Below, one piece after another: positions 1 to 11,955 of a DNA stretch of 64,000 nt. The DNA is from Tubiluchus corallicola. Lineage: Eukaryota; Animalia; Priapulida. The position numbers and the translations under genes are program-made. The DNA lies in contig JAQGDQ010000112.1 of assembly GCA_030141605.1 (NCBI GenBank), positions 1 to 64,000 on the forward strand. The letters run 5' to 3'. Numbering within the stretch: position 1 is the first letter of the stretch; every line of letters begins with the position of its first letter. The notes under the pieces are model-generated. The model saw only the letters and a program-made list of their open reading frames with translations, ran no database searches and had not been told where the DNA came from.

Positions 1-144
1 TATACACAAGAAAATAACCTCTAAAATTAAAACGTTAAATGCAAGTCTCAAAATTTAAAATAGGTAGATCCATTCACCACCAAAAATGGAGAAATGTTGG
101 TGTAAATAACGGTGTAAATAAACAACAACGGTTACAAAAAAACG

Positions 145-453
145 TTAGACCCTGTCCGCTTTCAGGTCGGCGTATTTCTCCCCCTTTGCCTCTTTGTCTT
201 TCTTCTTCTTGTGGAACCAACCGCCGAAGACGCTCTTGTGTTTTCTCTTGTCTATCGACGTGTCGGCGCTCGACGTGGAGACGGGACGCTCGGTCGTCGC
301 GTATCTGTCGGCGGAGGCTCGATCGTGTTTGGACGTGCCCGCTGGTAACGTTGCTGATTTCCATGATGGTTTTGATGTGTGCGGTTCCGCAATGGTGCAA
401 TTTAACTGATTTTGTTTCAATTTTGCGACTCTCTCCGTCCTACGCGACGTCAG
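145..453 (-). CDS. Probable terminal coding exon of an unidentified gene
   Basis: GC-rich open frame (...KPSWKSATLPAGTSKHDRAS...KSVFGGWFHKKKKDKEAKGEKYADLKADRV*) ending at TAA 145-147, after which composition becomes AT-rich. An in-frame TGA at 469-471 requires a splice acceptor; candidates are cccgcag| (exon start 453) or cgtag| (439). A strong minus-strand donor (aat|gtaagta) lies at 698/697. No family recognised. Confidence 0.45.
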   Translation of the reverse strand: MTSRRTERVAKLKQNQLNCTIAEPHTSKPSWKSATLPAGTSKHDRASADRYATTERPVSTSSADTSIDKRKHKSVFGGWFHKKKKDKEAKGEKYADLKADRV

Positions 454-1021
454 CTGCGGGTCACATTGTCAGACACTCGTGTCATTGAAATTTTTTTGGC
501 CTTATTTAGTATGCTCTAATTGGTTTCTACCTAACTTGTACAGTTTCCGTACTTATTAGTAGGGTATGTATTTACAGTTAGATAACTCATATCATTGTAT
601 ATTTTCTTTTTACATACTCGTAGCTTGTAATCGAAGCTAAAAATGTTACTTTCATAGTAGAGAATCTCGTGGGCTTTTTAAACAGTGTTATACTTACATT
701 TCGTAGCGACTTTTTGATGTCTGTGTTACTTGTTTGGCAAGTACGGAAATCTTTTTTTGCGGTACTTTTATTATTTGTAGCGTTTGGTGAAAGAACGACA
801 CCATAATTTGTGCACAATTTTGAAATTCCACACGTACATTCCGCTCGAACTCATTCCTCTGCTTTTCTTTTCGGAATATTTTTTTGCATTTTGCGACACA
901 ATGTAAATACCTTCTCAATACCTCACAAATTACAGAATATGTTTGGATTTTATAATAATTAGGAGAAATTGCTCATTAAAACTAGTTTAATATGTTTAAA
1001 GGTGCAGTAACGGGTCATTGT

Positions 1022-1116
1022 GTAACATAACACTTTGTGCCACAATTCTCCGTGTTGCGTAACAACACTTTGTGCCACAATTCTCTGTGTTGCGTAACAA
1101 CACTTTGTGCCACAAT
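1022..1116. repeat. 35-bp tandem repeat, about 3 copies
   Basis: cactttgtgccacaat recurs at 1031, 1066 and 1101. Confidence 0.85.
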
Positions 1117-1959
1117 GCTGTCTACTGTAAATATCATAGTTTATTTCTCATATCATTTTCTAACATTTTTCTTTTTTTTCTCGCCTGTATTGTATTAAAA
1201 ACCAGTAATTTCTTCAAACCATTTATAGACTTGATTATATAGCATCTTTCATATAATGTAGTTTCTTTATGGCTACTTTCTCTTTCCGATAGAAAAGTTC
1301 TTCCATATTGTTTAACTCATTATCATAATGTATCAAGTTTTCTCTAAACTACTCTAGTACTTTACTCTACTTTCTCTAGTTGGTCCAAGTTAAAATACTC
1401 ATATTTTAGCATTTTCTGTTAGGTTAAATTTTTGCTAATTTTTGTGGAAAGGTTTTTTGTAGTGGTTAGTCGTTAACGCGCATATTTTACGACCTTACAT
1501 TTCCTCTTCGTTTATAGAGGCTCTAATAAGTTCTACAACAAATTGTTTAAACATTTCAAACGTCTTTTTTCTTGCACGATAAAAATTTAACAAATTTGAC
1601 TCTGATTTTGGTTGTGATTACATTCTAAGTATGTTTTCTTTTCAAAATTTGAGGGCTAAATAATTACAGTATGGTTTTATTTACGATACGCTATATTGAT
1701 AACTCTGCTGTTATTTTGCTCGGGTTTTTTGCACAAACATTGTTTATTGCTATTTATTTGTTCCTAGCTAAATTTTGAAACGTTTTTTCTCCAACGTTCC
1801 ATATCTAACTGTGACCGATATTTATTCCATAAGTACTTTGTATTTAAATCAGTTTTTGAATAAAACATTTACTAAAGGTTCATAATAATGTGTTTTTGCT
1901 CATTTTATTGTTCCAAATGTTGAAATTTATTATGTAATATTTTTCAAATATTTTCAAAA

Positions 1960-2310
1960 AGCCTATTCACAGTTCTAGTGATTGATGATGATTGTGAAAA
2001 GGTGAAAGGTTAGGTGTACCATGCTATGCGTTTGTGTGCACTTGACAATGCCTCACAGCCCAAGCTATTGTAATAGTAACAGCTTTAACGTTTTAATAGT
2101 AAATACCTTACATAGTTCATTTTTTCTTGTTCCCAAGCAAGATCCTGCTAGTAAATCACTCTGTGCACAGACTAATGTGTAATTAAGTAAAGTCTACATA
2201 AAATAACTGATGCAGCAGACCGTTTTGCTTTACTCACATGTCATGTGATGGTTGTACTTAAAATGCATTGCTGTCATACATTTAACTTTGGACAACTGCG
2301 CGTGCACACA
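1960..2310 (+). repeat. Interspersed repeat; inverted copy at about 56720-57050
   Basis: tagttcattttttcttgttcccaagcaagatcctgctagtaaat and ttttgctttactcacatgtcatgtgatggttgta match the reverse complement of 56770-56910. Confidence 0.75.
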
Positions 2311-2777
2311 AGGACTTCAGAATTTGATTCAAACCTAAAATTATATATTTGAATAATTCGATCAGCACTTCAGCTACATATAAGTTCCCTGTGATCAAAA
2401 TGCTTGAAATAGCATGCAATTAGCACAATTTAGCAGCAGTTTCTGCGCAAAATTTTTAACAAACTGATAATCATTTTACTGCAGAATAAATTTAAGTATT
2501 AAGCATGATCATTGTAACACCACGTTTTACTACTGACTACACCACGCGTTACCACTAAATTGTTCGAAAATCTTTCCAACTCAATTCGAATACGATTTTG
2601 AACTACTGAAATTCGGGTCTACTTGAAATCGATTTGTTTCGAATTCGCTTTCTCGTAAATAATGCTCACCTGTAACACACAAGCACGGACTCCCGTACTG
2701 TAACGGTCGTTGCGAATGGGCGATAATGCTTTTTTGTCGCGAAGAGAATAGTACTCCTTGTACTGTACATTTGAAAA

Positions 2778-5700
2778 ATGGCGGATGGTAAGTTGCCGGT
2801 CTTTGTTAACGTTTTGAATTTGTTTCAACGATTTAAAGAAATAATTTTATCTTTGCTTGGTCTTATGTTTTGTTAGATCTGTAGTCAGACATAGTAAAGC
2901 CCGAATTAAAATTTAATTGATTTTTATGGCTTAGTTTTTGCTTAATTAATGAGACAAAATAATTTGAATCAGATTTTTCCATTTCGATTCAACGGACAAC
3001 AATAATGACATTGTGTACCTAAGTAATCGCTATATTTCACGCTGGAATATAACACAGATTTGCCGTGTGTGAAATTGTAGATTATTTTTGTTATATTATC
3101 TAATAAATTGTTTCGCAATAACGAAAACACTGGCGATGTCCACAAATTTGTTACTAGCGTTGTCTCTCTAACAAGCTTAATTGAACATAATTATGATTAA
3201 TGGTAATGTAGTGCTGGCTAGCATAATTTGTTTGTGGTTTTTAGTAACTCCACTGATAATTTTATGCCTTGTAAAATTATTCACAACTGTTGTAGACATA
3301 GACATGGACATTTTATTTTTACATGGACTGTCATTTTTAGTAGGCCCACAGTTGTATTGTAAATATAAGTCTGTAGAACGCTAGTACTGATAATGAAATG
3401 TCTTCTTTGGCATGTTATAAAGAAAGTGTGAAGCATGTGGATTAGCACGTACTGTATCTCAGCTATGCAATCGTACAGTGTGCTGATAATATTAGTAAAA
3501 CTGAGTTTTATGTGAGCTTACATGAGTTTATGTGAAATTAGTACGGAAAGCATTTTAAGGTTTCTTATCAAAAATTAATGCAACTAATTTGATCTTTGAT
3601 TATTACACTTTGTTTTTTGATGAACGTTGTGGCTTTACTAAGTTTTGCAGTCAATAATTTTATGATATTTTGCTAATTGCTGTCTATGTAGGCTCAAAAT
3701 TGATAAAAATTATACCTAATGCCTTTAGAATGACTAATTTTTTAACAAAACACTTTAATGTATGTAGTAGGTGTGAAAGTTGCATAAAAGATAAACGTAA
3801 CTTTTCTAGCAAAGTCATGAAAGGCTGGAAAAAACTGTTTAGTTCTCCCGGAAAATGAAGTAAGTTTTGTCTCTCATTTGCAGAAAACTCAGAAACCATT
3901 TTACCAATTCTTACCCATTGTAGGTAATCAGTTAGACAAAAGAAGACACTGAAAAATAGTGGACTAGTCGGGATTTGAACCGAGTACTCGTATACTCTGC
4001 ATGTTACAAATCCAGACTGGTCTACAATTTTTCAGTGTCTTTCTCCAATTTATTACCCGCAGTAGATAATAATAGCTCATACGGTACTAATAACTACGGC
4101 ATTAATACGGTACTACGAAATTTTGTAAAAGAATTTTACTTTTGTTTTGTTTTTTAGCAGAACAAGCTCCAGCTGAAGTAGCAGCCCCAGCAGCTCCCAC
4201 CGAAGAGGCACCTCCTCAAAAAGAGGTGCCATCAGAAGAACCTCCAGCGGAAGCCACAAGCGAACAGAAGCCTGCCGAGTCAGGCGACGCCACTTCCGTA
4301 AACGCCAGTGAACCGGAAAAAATGGAAACACAGGTTGAGCAAGCCAATGGCGCTCCGGAATCCGCGGTGGAGTCGGTGGATCAGGCCATGGAAGCTGTAA
4401 CTGACAACGTTGATGTATGTAGTAGATTAATGTTGCTGGTACATTATTTAGTAGATTGATGTTGCTGTCACATTATGTGGTAGATTGATGTTGCTTTACA
4501 TTACGTGGTAGGTTGATGTTGCTGTTACATCATGTGGTGGATTGTTACGTTATGTTGTGGTGGATTGATGTTGCTGTTACATTATGTGGTGGATTGTTAT
4601 GTGGTGGTGGATTGATGTTGCTGTTACATTATGTGGTGGTGGATTGATGTTGCTGTTACATTATGTGGTGGATTGTTACGTTATGTGGTGGTGGATTGAT
4701 GTTGCTGTTACATTATGTGGTGGATTGATGTTGCTGTTACATTATGTGGTGGATTGATGTTGCGGTTACATTATGTGGTGGATTGTTATGTTATGTGGTG
4801 GTGGATTGATGTTGCTGTTACATTATGTGGTGGATTGTTATGTTATGTGGTGGTGGATTGATGTTGCTGTTACATTATGTGGTAGATTGATGTTGCTGTT
4901 ACATTATGTGGTAGATTGATGTTGCTGTTACATTATGTGGTGGATTGATGTTGCCGTCTGTTACATTATGTAGTAGATTGATGTAGCTGTTAACCAAGTG
5001 TAAACCACGCTCAGCTACTCGATAGGCTGAGTTGAAGTGCCTGAAGACCGCACGTTTATTCGTTTATCCAATCAAATCACTTATAAATGGCACGCTCAGA
5101 ACCGAAATTGTCCTGAATAGAACAGTATCTAATTTATTATCAATTAGTTGTGCCTGTGCTCATACAGTAGCAGAAAAATCTTAGGTCTTATAAGACTTAT
5201 TTTGAATGGTGCGGTCCTGAAGGAGTTAAGCAATGGTGACAATGAATCCCACATGGTGACAGTGAACGTCTCCATTGCGCACGCCTGGGCAAGGTGTATG
5301 GAGATCCTGAGTTGCCCAGACAACAGGAACCCCCTCTCTTCCTCGCTGGTGTAGTCCAAAGAAAAGCGGAGCGATACATTTGGCACCAGATTGGTAGTGA
5401 GCATGTTGCACTGGTCCGCCTTCGGGGCTCCACTCCTGATTTGAAAGGTTTACTCCTCTACACATGGTCGTTGGGTCACTTGACCTCCTCCGCCCTCTGC
5501 CCTGGTGTCAAGACACAGCACCTGGTATTCCTAGGCGGTTGCCCATCCAACTACTAACCAGGCTCTATGTTGCTTAACTTTGGTGATCAGACGAGAACCG
5601 GTGTTTTCAACGTGATTTGGCCATAGTTAAGCAATGGTGACAATGACCCACACATGCCGACTTTCTCTTTAAGTTTTATCTGCATCATTCATCTTGATTG

Positions 5701-6766
5701 TCGTTTAGAAAGTCGCAGAAGCAGCAGCTGATGAGAAGGAGAGCAAAGATTCAGAACCAGTCCCTAAAAAGTCTAAAGTCGATGTACAGTCACTTCCAAC
5801 TCGGCAATACTTGGATCAAACGGTCGTACCCATTCTTTTACAAGGTTTATCGACGCTCGCAAAAGAAAGGTATGTCGCTGGACTAATTAAATTTACTAAT
5901 TAATTTATAACAATAGTCATTTTAACGTAACTGCGCATGACATGTAATATCAAAACCAGTTAAAAAACTGCCGCATCTTAACTTCTTTTAACTTTCAAGG
6001 CGCATCTTTAAGGAAAAAACAAGCTGTAAATATAAGAAGCGAAATAAATTTCTCACCGGACCTGTTTGCCTACATTCTGTTGTGTTTTGTTTCTGTCGGA
6101 AGGCTCGTAGAGAAAACCAGAAAACACTTCATCAAATTAAACTAGTTTATTATCAGGGATGAGAATTTTCCGCGAATACGCGGAATTTCGAGTTTTTGGA
6201 AGACCAGTAGTGCCATTTTTTGGTGGCAGGCCGTCACTTTGTTTACATCACATACATCAGTGTAACCACGTGTATATCTCTGTGTATAAAAATATAGAAT
6301 CAATTGTGCGGAGTTATTTGAGTCAATTGCAGACAGTTTTTATATACTTTTGCATAGGAGCGGCCAGTACTTAGGCATTTTTGAGACAATTAGGTATTTA
6401 TGTATCCTTGATAGTTGGGTATTTTAAATTATGCATGAAACAAGGTAATTGATATTTTATGTCCACTTAGAGGTTCTCTATGGTCACAAAATTGCAATTT
6501 GTTGCTGGCTCCAGGGGGCTTCCCTAGAACAAGGGTCCTGTTTCAGAGTTTTTTGCAATTTGTCATTCTCATCCCTGTTTATTGCAAATGAAGTCACGTA
6601 GTCATACGACACTTTTCCACGATTTATCGCATTTTAAATCACCAGCACTCAAGTTTACGATCTAAAATATTCTTACTTTTTCAGACCTGGAGATCCTATA
6701 GAATTCCTCGCTAACTATCTGCTGAAGAACAAGGCCCAGTTCGACATACAGAATGAAGCACAATAG
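2778..6766 (+). CDS. DPY30: DPY30, COMPASS/Set1-MLL complex subunit; exons 2778-2787, 4161-4414 (alternative acceptor 4158), 5709-5869, 6685-6766; about 168 aa
   Basis: Spliced translation ends [32 protein letters not shown]|[26 protein letters not shown], the Dpy-30 motif. All introns are GT..AG with consistent phases (1, 0, 2). The N-terminus is Ala/Glu/Pro-rich; the 10-nt first exon is the least certain part. Confidence 0.95.
3908..4072. repeat. Imperfect palindrome with a tRNA T-arm/B-box-like core (DPY30 intron 1)
   Basis: gacactgaaaaatagtggactagtcgggattt pairs with aaatccagactggtctacaatttttcagtgtc. The minus strand reads ctcggttcaaatcccg. Confidence 0.65.
4410..4990. repeat. 29-bp minisatellite with shorter variants, starting at the DPY30 exon 2 donor
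   Basis: Unit gattgatgttgctgttacattatgtggtg repeated about 20 times. Confidence 0.9.
5262..5628 (-). mobile_element. 5S rRNA-derived SINE (SINE3-type), copy 1, 3'-truncated, flanked by a direct repeat
   Basis: 5515-5628 is the reverse complement of a 5S rRNA-like sequence (AACTATGGCCAAATCACGTTGAAAACACCGGTTCTCGTCTGATCACCAAAGTTAAGCAAC...GAATACCAGGTGCTGT). The body matches 36800-37060. agttaagcaatggtgacaatga occurs at 5224-5245 and 5625-5646. Confidence 0.85.
6078..6153. mobile_element. Fragment of the solo-LTR family seen at 32840 and 35658
   Basis: tgttgtgttttgtttctgtcggaaggctcgtagagaaaaccagaaaacac...actagtttatt is nearly identical to the start of 32840-33209. Confidence 0.8.
6154..6577. mobile_element. 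hAT-like MITE
   Basis: Perfect 13-bp TIRs cagggatgagaat / attctcatccctg. Flanks tttattat / tttattgc are an imperfect 8-bp TSD. Confidence 0.7.
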
Positions 6767-7044
6767 ATATCGTTTTTACCATAACACTGTGACCAGCGGT
6801 CAAAACCGTTCATTACTTGATTCGTGTACAAAAACGTGGAGTATTAATCCTCTCTCTGTGTGTCCTCCCTCACCTGTGCTGTCAAATGTGTTGTGTGACG
6901 ATGTGCTTGTGTCAACTGTGGTGTGTTAACGTTAACCAATATTGACTGTAAATTAATTTATATAAGAAAAACTCGCGATTTTTAAGTACATTTTGAAAAT
7001 TTGATTTCAGATGCTGACAATATAATTTATTTGTTTTCAACATA

Positions 7045-7357
7045 CAGTCAACCCTCGTTAAACCGGACTAATTGGGGGGTTGGGTGGTACGATTTATCCG
7101 ATATGGCTATATACGGTCTATATTATACAGGAATAATCACCTTAATACGGCCTATATACATTGCACTATATACTGTACTGTATATTACTTTAAAATAGTT
7201 AACCTGTGAGGATACAGAAATTATTGTACAGTTGGTAGGCCGTGTTGTGTTTAGCGCTCCGGCTCGGGCGGAAATCTGTCAGTTTCCTTTACCACGGATG
7301 ACGTCCGTCTTATCCGATATCCGGGCTAACGGGGTCCGGTTTAACGAGGGTCGACTG
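7045..7357. mobile_element. Tc1/mariner (pogo/Tigger-like) MITE
   Basis: TIRs cagtcaaccctcgttaaaccggac / gtccggtttaacgagggtcgactg, with TA on both sides. Confidence 0.85.
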
Positions 7358-7603
7358 TACAGTGTGAAAAGTAACACGTTTCTCCAACAATGGATCTGAT
7401 GCGTCATTGTTATTAGTAGCAACTTTCATTGCTTTTTGTCCCGGGTGAAAATGCATATTATATTGACGTGCTATATTGCAGTTTGTTGGGTGGGTCACGC
7501 ATGACGAAGCTGCCCTTTTCCACATATTAAGGTCCACACATTTTGAACTTGTTGTTAAACTCGCTGTCCATCATTGATACAAGTTGGTGTGACTTTTGAC
7601 GTC

Positions 7604-7972
7604 TCTCAGAAGTTCTTCAGTGCAAGGGTTCTTCTCTCAGAAGTTCTTCAATGCAAGGGTTCTTCTCTCAGAAGTTCTTCAATGCAAGGGTTCTTCTCTC
7701 AGAAGTTCTTCAATGCAAGGGTTCTTCTCTCAGAAGTTCTTCAGTGCAAGGGTTCTTCTCTCAGAAGTTCTTCAGTGCAAGGGTTCTTCTCTCAGAAGTT
7801 CTTCAGTGCAAGGGTTCTTCTCTCAGAAGTTCTTCAGTGCAAGGGTTCTTCTCTCAGAAGTTCTTCAATGCAAGGGTTCTTCTCTCAGAAGTTCTTCAAT
7901 GCAAGGGTTCTTCTCTCAGAAGTTCTTCAGTGCAAGGGTTCTTCTCTCAGAAGTTCTTCAGTGCAAGGGTTA
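7604..7972. repeat. 31-bp minisatellite, about 12 copies
   Basis: Unit tctcagaagttcttca(g/a)tgcaagggttcttc; near-identical copies. Confidence 0.95.
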
Positions 7973-8833
7973 TGTGGAAGATGGTATTTCACTGATTTGG
8001 CATTCATAAATCATTTGAAATAGCGAGTAAAATTTTGAAAGCCTACTACGTACTTCACAAACGTGCCGTCTCCTAAATGATACTAAACGTTGCAAGCGGA
8101 AACTTGCCAACGTGGTTTTTGTTCTGTATCAGAACCACTGCTTTCCTTTTTAAATGTGCAAGGCAGTCACTAATTGTCATATGCTTAGTTTAGCAAATAC
8201 GTTGTTAATCGTTCCGTTTGTTTAGCTAGGAAACGTGTCGTGACGTCGTGAGTTTGTGACATCGGGAAAAGTTACAATTAAGCGCTTAGAATAGCAGGAT
8301 CAAAAGTTTTTGCCTTCTCGCAGACGTGAGATGGTCCCTTGTGCCTTGATTGTACAAATGTGTAGTACGTTGCGTACTCGGAAACTGTATCAAATTGTCT
8401 ACGTGTGCAGTAGTCTCAGTAATATTCAAATTTATAGTAATAACAATAGTAGTAATAAAAGTATATAAAATATTTACATTAAATCTATTCAGACGACAAT
8501 TACTAGCTGTAAACAAACACAAAGAATGATAAATACAAGCACGAACTGTACAGGGTTCTGAGAAGCTAAAAAATTCGTTGTATAGTTCTTAAAATGTAGA
8601 CATTTAGTTATGAAATGAACTAACCTACAGAGGAAGTAAGATCTGTAAGAGTGTTGAATTTAGCTGGTATTTGATACACTTAAAATATATTTTGATTTGT
8701 TTTAATTACTGTTTAATTAGAATTGAAAAAGTGCTCTGTAATGGACAATTATTCCATGCACTCGATCCTGTAATGTAACATAATATAGCGCCGTTGGGAA
8801 CGGTAAGAAAGTGTCTTGTTTGATCTGATGTAA

Positions 8834-9085
8834 GCGACGTTATGCTGTTGCAACGTGTCGTGCGACGTTATGCTGTTGCAACGTGTCGTTATGTGACGTT
8901 ACGCTGTTGCAACGTGTCATTATGCTGTTGCAACGTGTCGTGCGACGTTATGCTGTTGCAACGTGTCGTTATGCGACGTTACGCTGTTGCAACGTGTCAT
9001 TATGCTGTTGCAACGTGTCGTTGTGCGACGTTATGCTGTTGCAATGTGTCATTATGCAACATTATGCTGTTGCAACATGTCATTA
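8834..9085. repeat. Modular minisatellite (21-bp core plus short inserts)
   Basis: ttatgctgttgcaacgtgtc repeated; contains the palindrome gttgcaac. Confidence 0.9.
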
Positions 9086-9254
9086 CTCTTGATAACTTGT
9101 TTCTGCTATTCTAAGCTCTTGCTTGTTTGTGGTGTTAGGTTTTAGAGGAAAAGTTTGAGTATTTTAAATATCATTTGAGGTAAATGTTATGGCGAAGTAG
9201 TTGCTTCAATCTTCTTTCTGTTAGTGTTACTTGTAATTTCACTAATTCTTTCAA

Positions 9255-9705
9255 GATGTCACTGGTTGTCATTGTCGAACATGTGCTGCCGTCTCTTGTT
9301 TAAATGTTGAGTTAATATTGAAATTTATTTGGTGTAAAAGTAGAACTCATAATTTGTTGTTCAAGATTGTCACTTGTTATCATGAAACATGTGCTGCCGT
9401 CTATTGCTTAAAAATTGAGTTAATGTCGTAGTTTTGAAACTTATTCGAAGTCTTTGCTTTTCAAACATGGCTGTTGCGGTTTTTTCGTTTCGATGTTATT
9501 GCTTAACACAAAGCCTGTGCTGCCATCTACTACTTAAACGCTTAGTTAATGTAACAAATTTGAAATTTGAAATCTTTGCTTTTTGAAAACAGGTGTTCCA
9601 ATTTCTCCTTTACTACTTAACACAAAACTTGTGCTGCCATCTATTGCTTAAAGGTTTAGTTAATATAACATATCTGAAATTTATCTGAACTCTTTGCTTT
9701 CTGAA
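9255..9705. repeat. Degenerate ~110-130-bp tandem repeat, about 4 copies
   Basis: tgtgctgcc(g/a)tct...ttaaa...gttaat recurs near 9282, 9390, 9516 and 9630. Confidence 0.65.
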
Positions 9706-10011
9706 AAATAGAGGTTATAATTTGTTGTACAGAAGTAAATTCTGGCACTGAGTATGTAGCAACAGAAATAACATTCCGAATTCAGCTGAATGTAACTTGT
9801 TATAAGAGACGCCTCTTTTCAATGTTCTATTGTCATGATAATAAATAATTATGTAAAACTGTCATGCTGCCTTTTTTGGTTTCCTACATTGTTCCAATTT
9901 GTAACATCTTTGAAGATTTTGATTTTTTTTTACATTTACAGTAGCACTTTTGAACACTTGTACGGTTTCACTAGCTCAGTGGCTGCCAGAGTAAGCCATG
10001 ACTATGACCAT

Positions 10012-11955
10012 TAGAGGCGTGGCAAGGTGGACGAGACGGGGCAATCGCCCCCGGGTGCAAGGGTGAGCGAGAGCGCAAAATTCTTCCATAGGTCAATGAC
10101 TGTTAATTATTAATTAGTAATCTGACATTAACAAAAGTTTTCAAACTACAACAAAAATGCCTAGCCAGAGATCATCGTAGCTGACTTGATTAGTACGTAC
10201 AAGCTAGAATAACAGTTAATGTTGTTAGTTAACGGTGTGTGTAGGATGTCATGTGGCTTGGTGGATAGGTAATTTTGGAAGAAACTGGTGCTTTGATCAC
10301 TTGTTTTGTGGGTGAATCCACAAATTGTGAGTTTTTGCATCTCTGAGTCCGACTTTCCTTTTTCGACATGACGGGATAATGAAAAATGGATTTTTCTAAG
10401 AATCACCCTGAGTTTGATTTGCGGTACTGCAGCAGAGTAACTCTTTTCTATACATTAGTTGCACGTAACACGACAGTCATTAAACATTCAGCTCCAGCAT
10501 TAAAACATGCAAAGATTATGAAAGATACAGAACACTACAGGTTTTCATAATAATACAATCAGCATTTAGAGAAACGTCACCTCCCAAAATTATCAATCTG
10601 CTAAGCCACACGACACCCTACACCTGCTGTTAAGTAAGAACATTAGCATTTTTTCTAGGCTGTATGTAGTAACTAGTTCTACATGATCTAGCTATATGGT
10701 TCAAAACAAATAAACTTTCACTAAATTCATCAAAAACAAAATACATTCTGTTTAGATCCCGAAATAAACCAATTCAGGCGATCCACGATTTAATAATAGA
10801 CCATAAAAGAATTACACGTGTAAAAGAACTGAAATTTCTAGGATTAATACTGAATGAGCATCTAGACTGGCGACCACATATATTCATGATCAGATTAAAA
10901 ATATCAAAAAATATAGGTATCATCTCATATATTAAAAACTTTCTGAACACCGAACATCTTCTAACATTATACAACAGTTTAATATTATCATATTTAAATT
11001 ACTGCACAACATTATGGGGCTTTACTTATACTACAAATTTAGAATGCTTAAGAGTTTTACAACGAAAATTTTTACGTGTCATCTTCAAACTAGACAAAAG
11101 GAGCACAATTACTACTACACATTTTAAGCAATGTCAAATATTACTTCTGGATGATGTTATTAATTTTAATGGATGTATATACATGTATAGAACCAACAAC
11201 AACTTATTTCCAACTTTTTTTGAAAATCCAGTCAAGATAAATGTAAAAAAATACAATACCAGACATAATGAATATATACCAAGACGTTGTAGAACAAATA
11301 TGGCGAAACATTTCATTAGCTATATGGGGCCAGTCCTATGGAACAGACTAAGCCGCAATTCGAAATGTAGTCACTCCCTTTTAACTTTTAAAAAAACCGT
11401 CAGAAAAGAAATATTTCAAAAGTATTAAGAGTAACACAATTTGATAATGGTAATCATCTGCATCCTTTTTCCACAGTAATCTTAATATAATGTGACTATG
11501 CTCAACAGGTTACTGAACACTTTATAATCATGATCACAGTTTTTCTTAGTTCTCGCTCCATTTCATCTTTCATTCACTACTCCCCCCCCCCCACTTTTTT
11601 TTAAGATTTTCACGTACAGTTTGGCCTGTCAAGCTATGCTTTTAGGCTCAAACTGTATGCATCAAAATTATTCTGTAACGTAATTTGCACATGTATATGC
11701 TGCATTTTGTAATTTCTCGATAATACTGCATTTATTTATATTTATATTTACTTAAATGGATAATTATCTGTATTTTAATGATAATTGTAAGATGCAATGT
11801 GGAAATGAATAAACTCTTGAAACTAAGTCAGTTATGATGACTTCTGACTAGGCAGTTTTGTTAATGTCTGATTAGTAATTAATAATTAACAGTCATTGAA
11901 CTCTAGAAGAATTCGGTGCCCTCTTACTTGGGCGTCCCACCTTGCTACGCCCCTG
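10012..11955. mobile_element. Non-autonomous DNA element with ~150-bp imperfect terminal inverted repeats (hAT-like CAGGGGCGTAGC end), containing a nested LINE fragment
   Basis: tcaatgactgttaattattaattagtaatctgacattaacaaaa (about 10093-10136) is the reverse complement of about 11856-11899. Ends read tagaggcgtggcaaggtgg / ccaccttgctacgcccctg. No clear TSD. Confidence 0.65.
10680..11822 (+). mobile_element. 5'-truncated LINE 3' fragment (CR1/L2-group ORF2 C-terminus plus 3' UTR)
   Basis: Translation KFLGLILNEHLDWRPHI...LYNSLILSYLNYCTTLWG...LQRKFLRVI...ISYMGPVLWNRL is typical of post-RT LINE ORF2. aataaa at about 11808. Confidence 0.85.

Noticed and set aside
7574-8023. Three overlapping repetitive ORFs
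   Set aside because: Translation of a 31-bp minisatellite.
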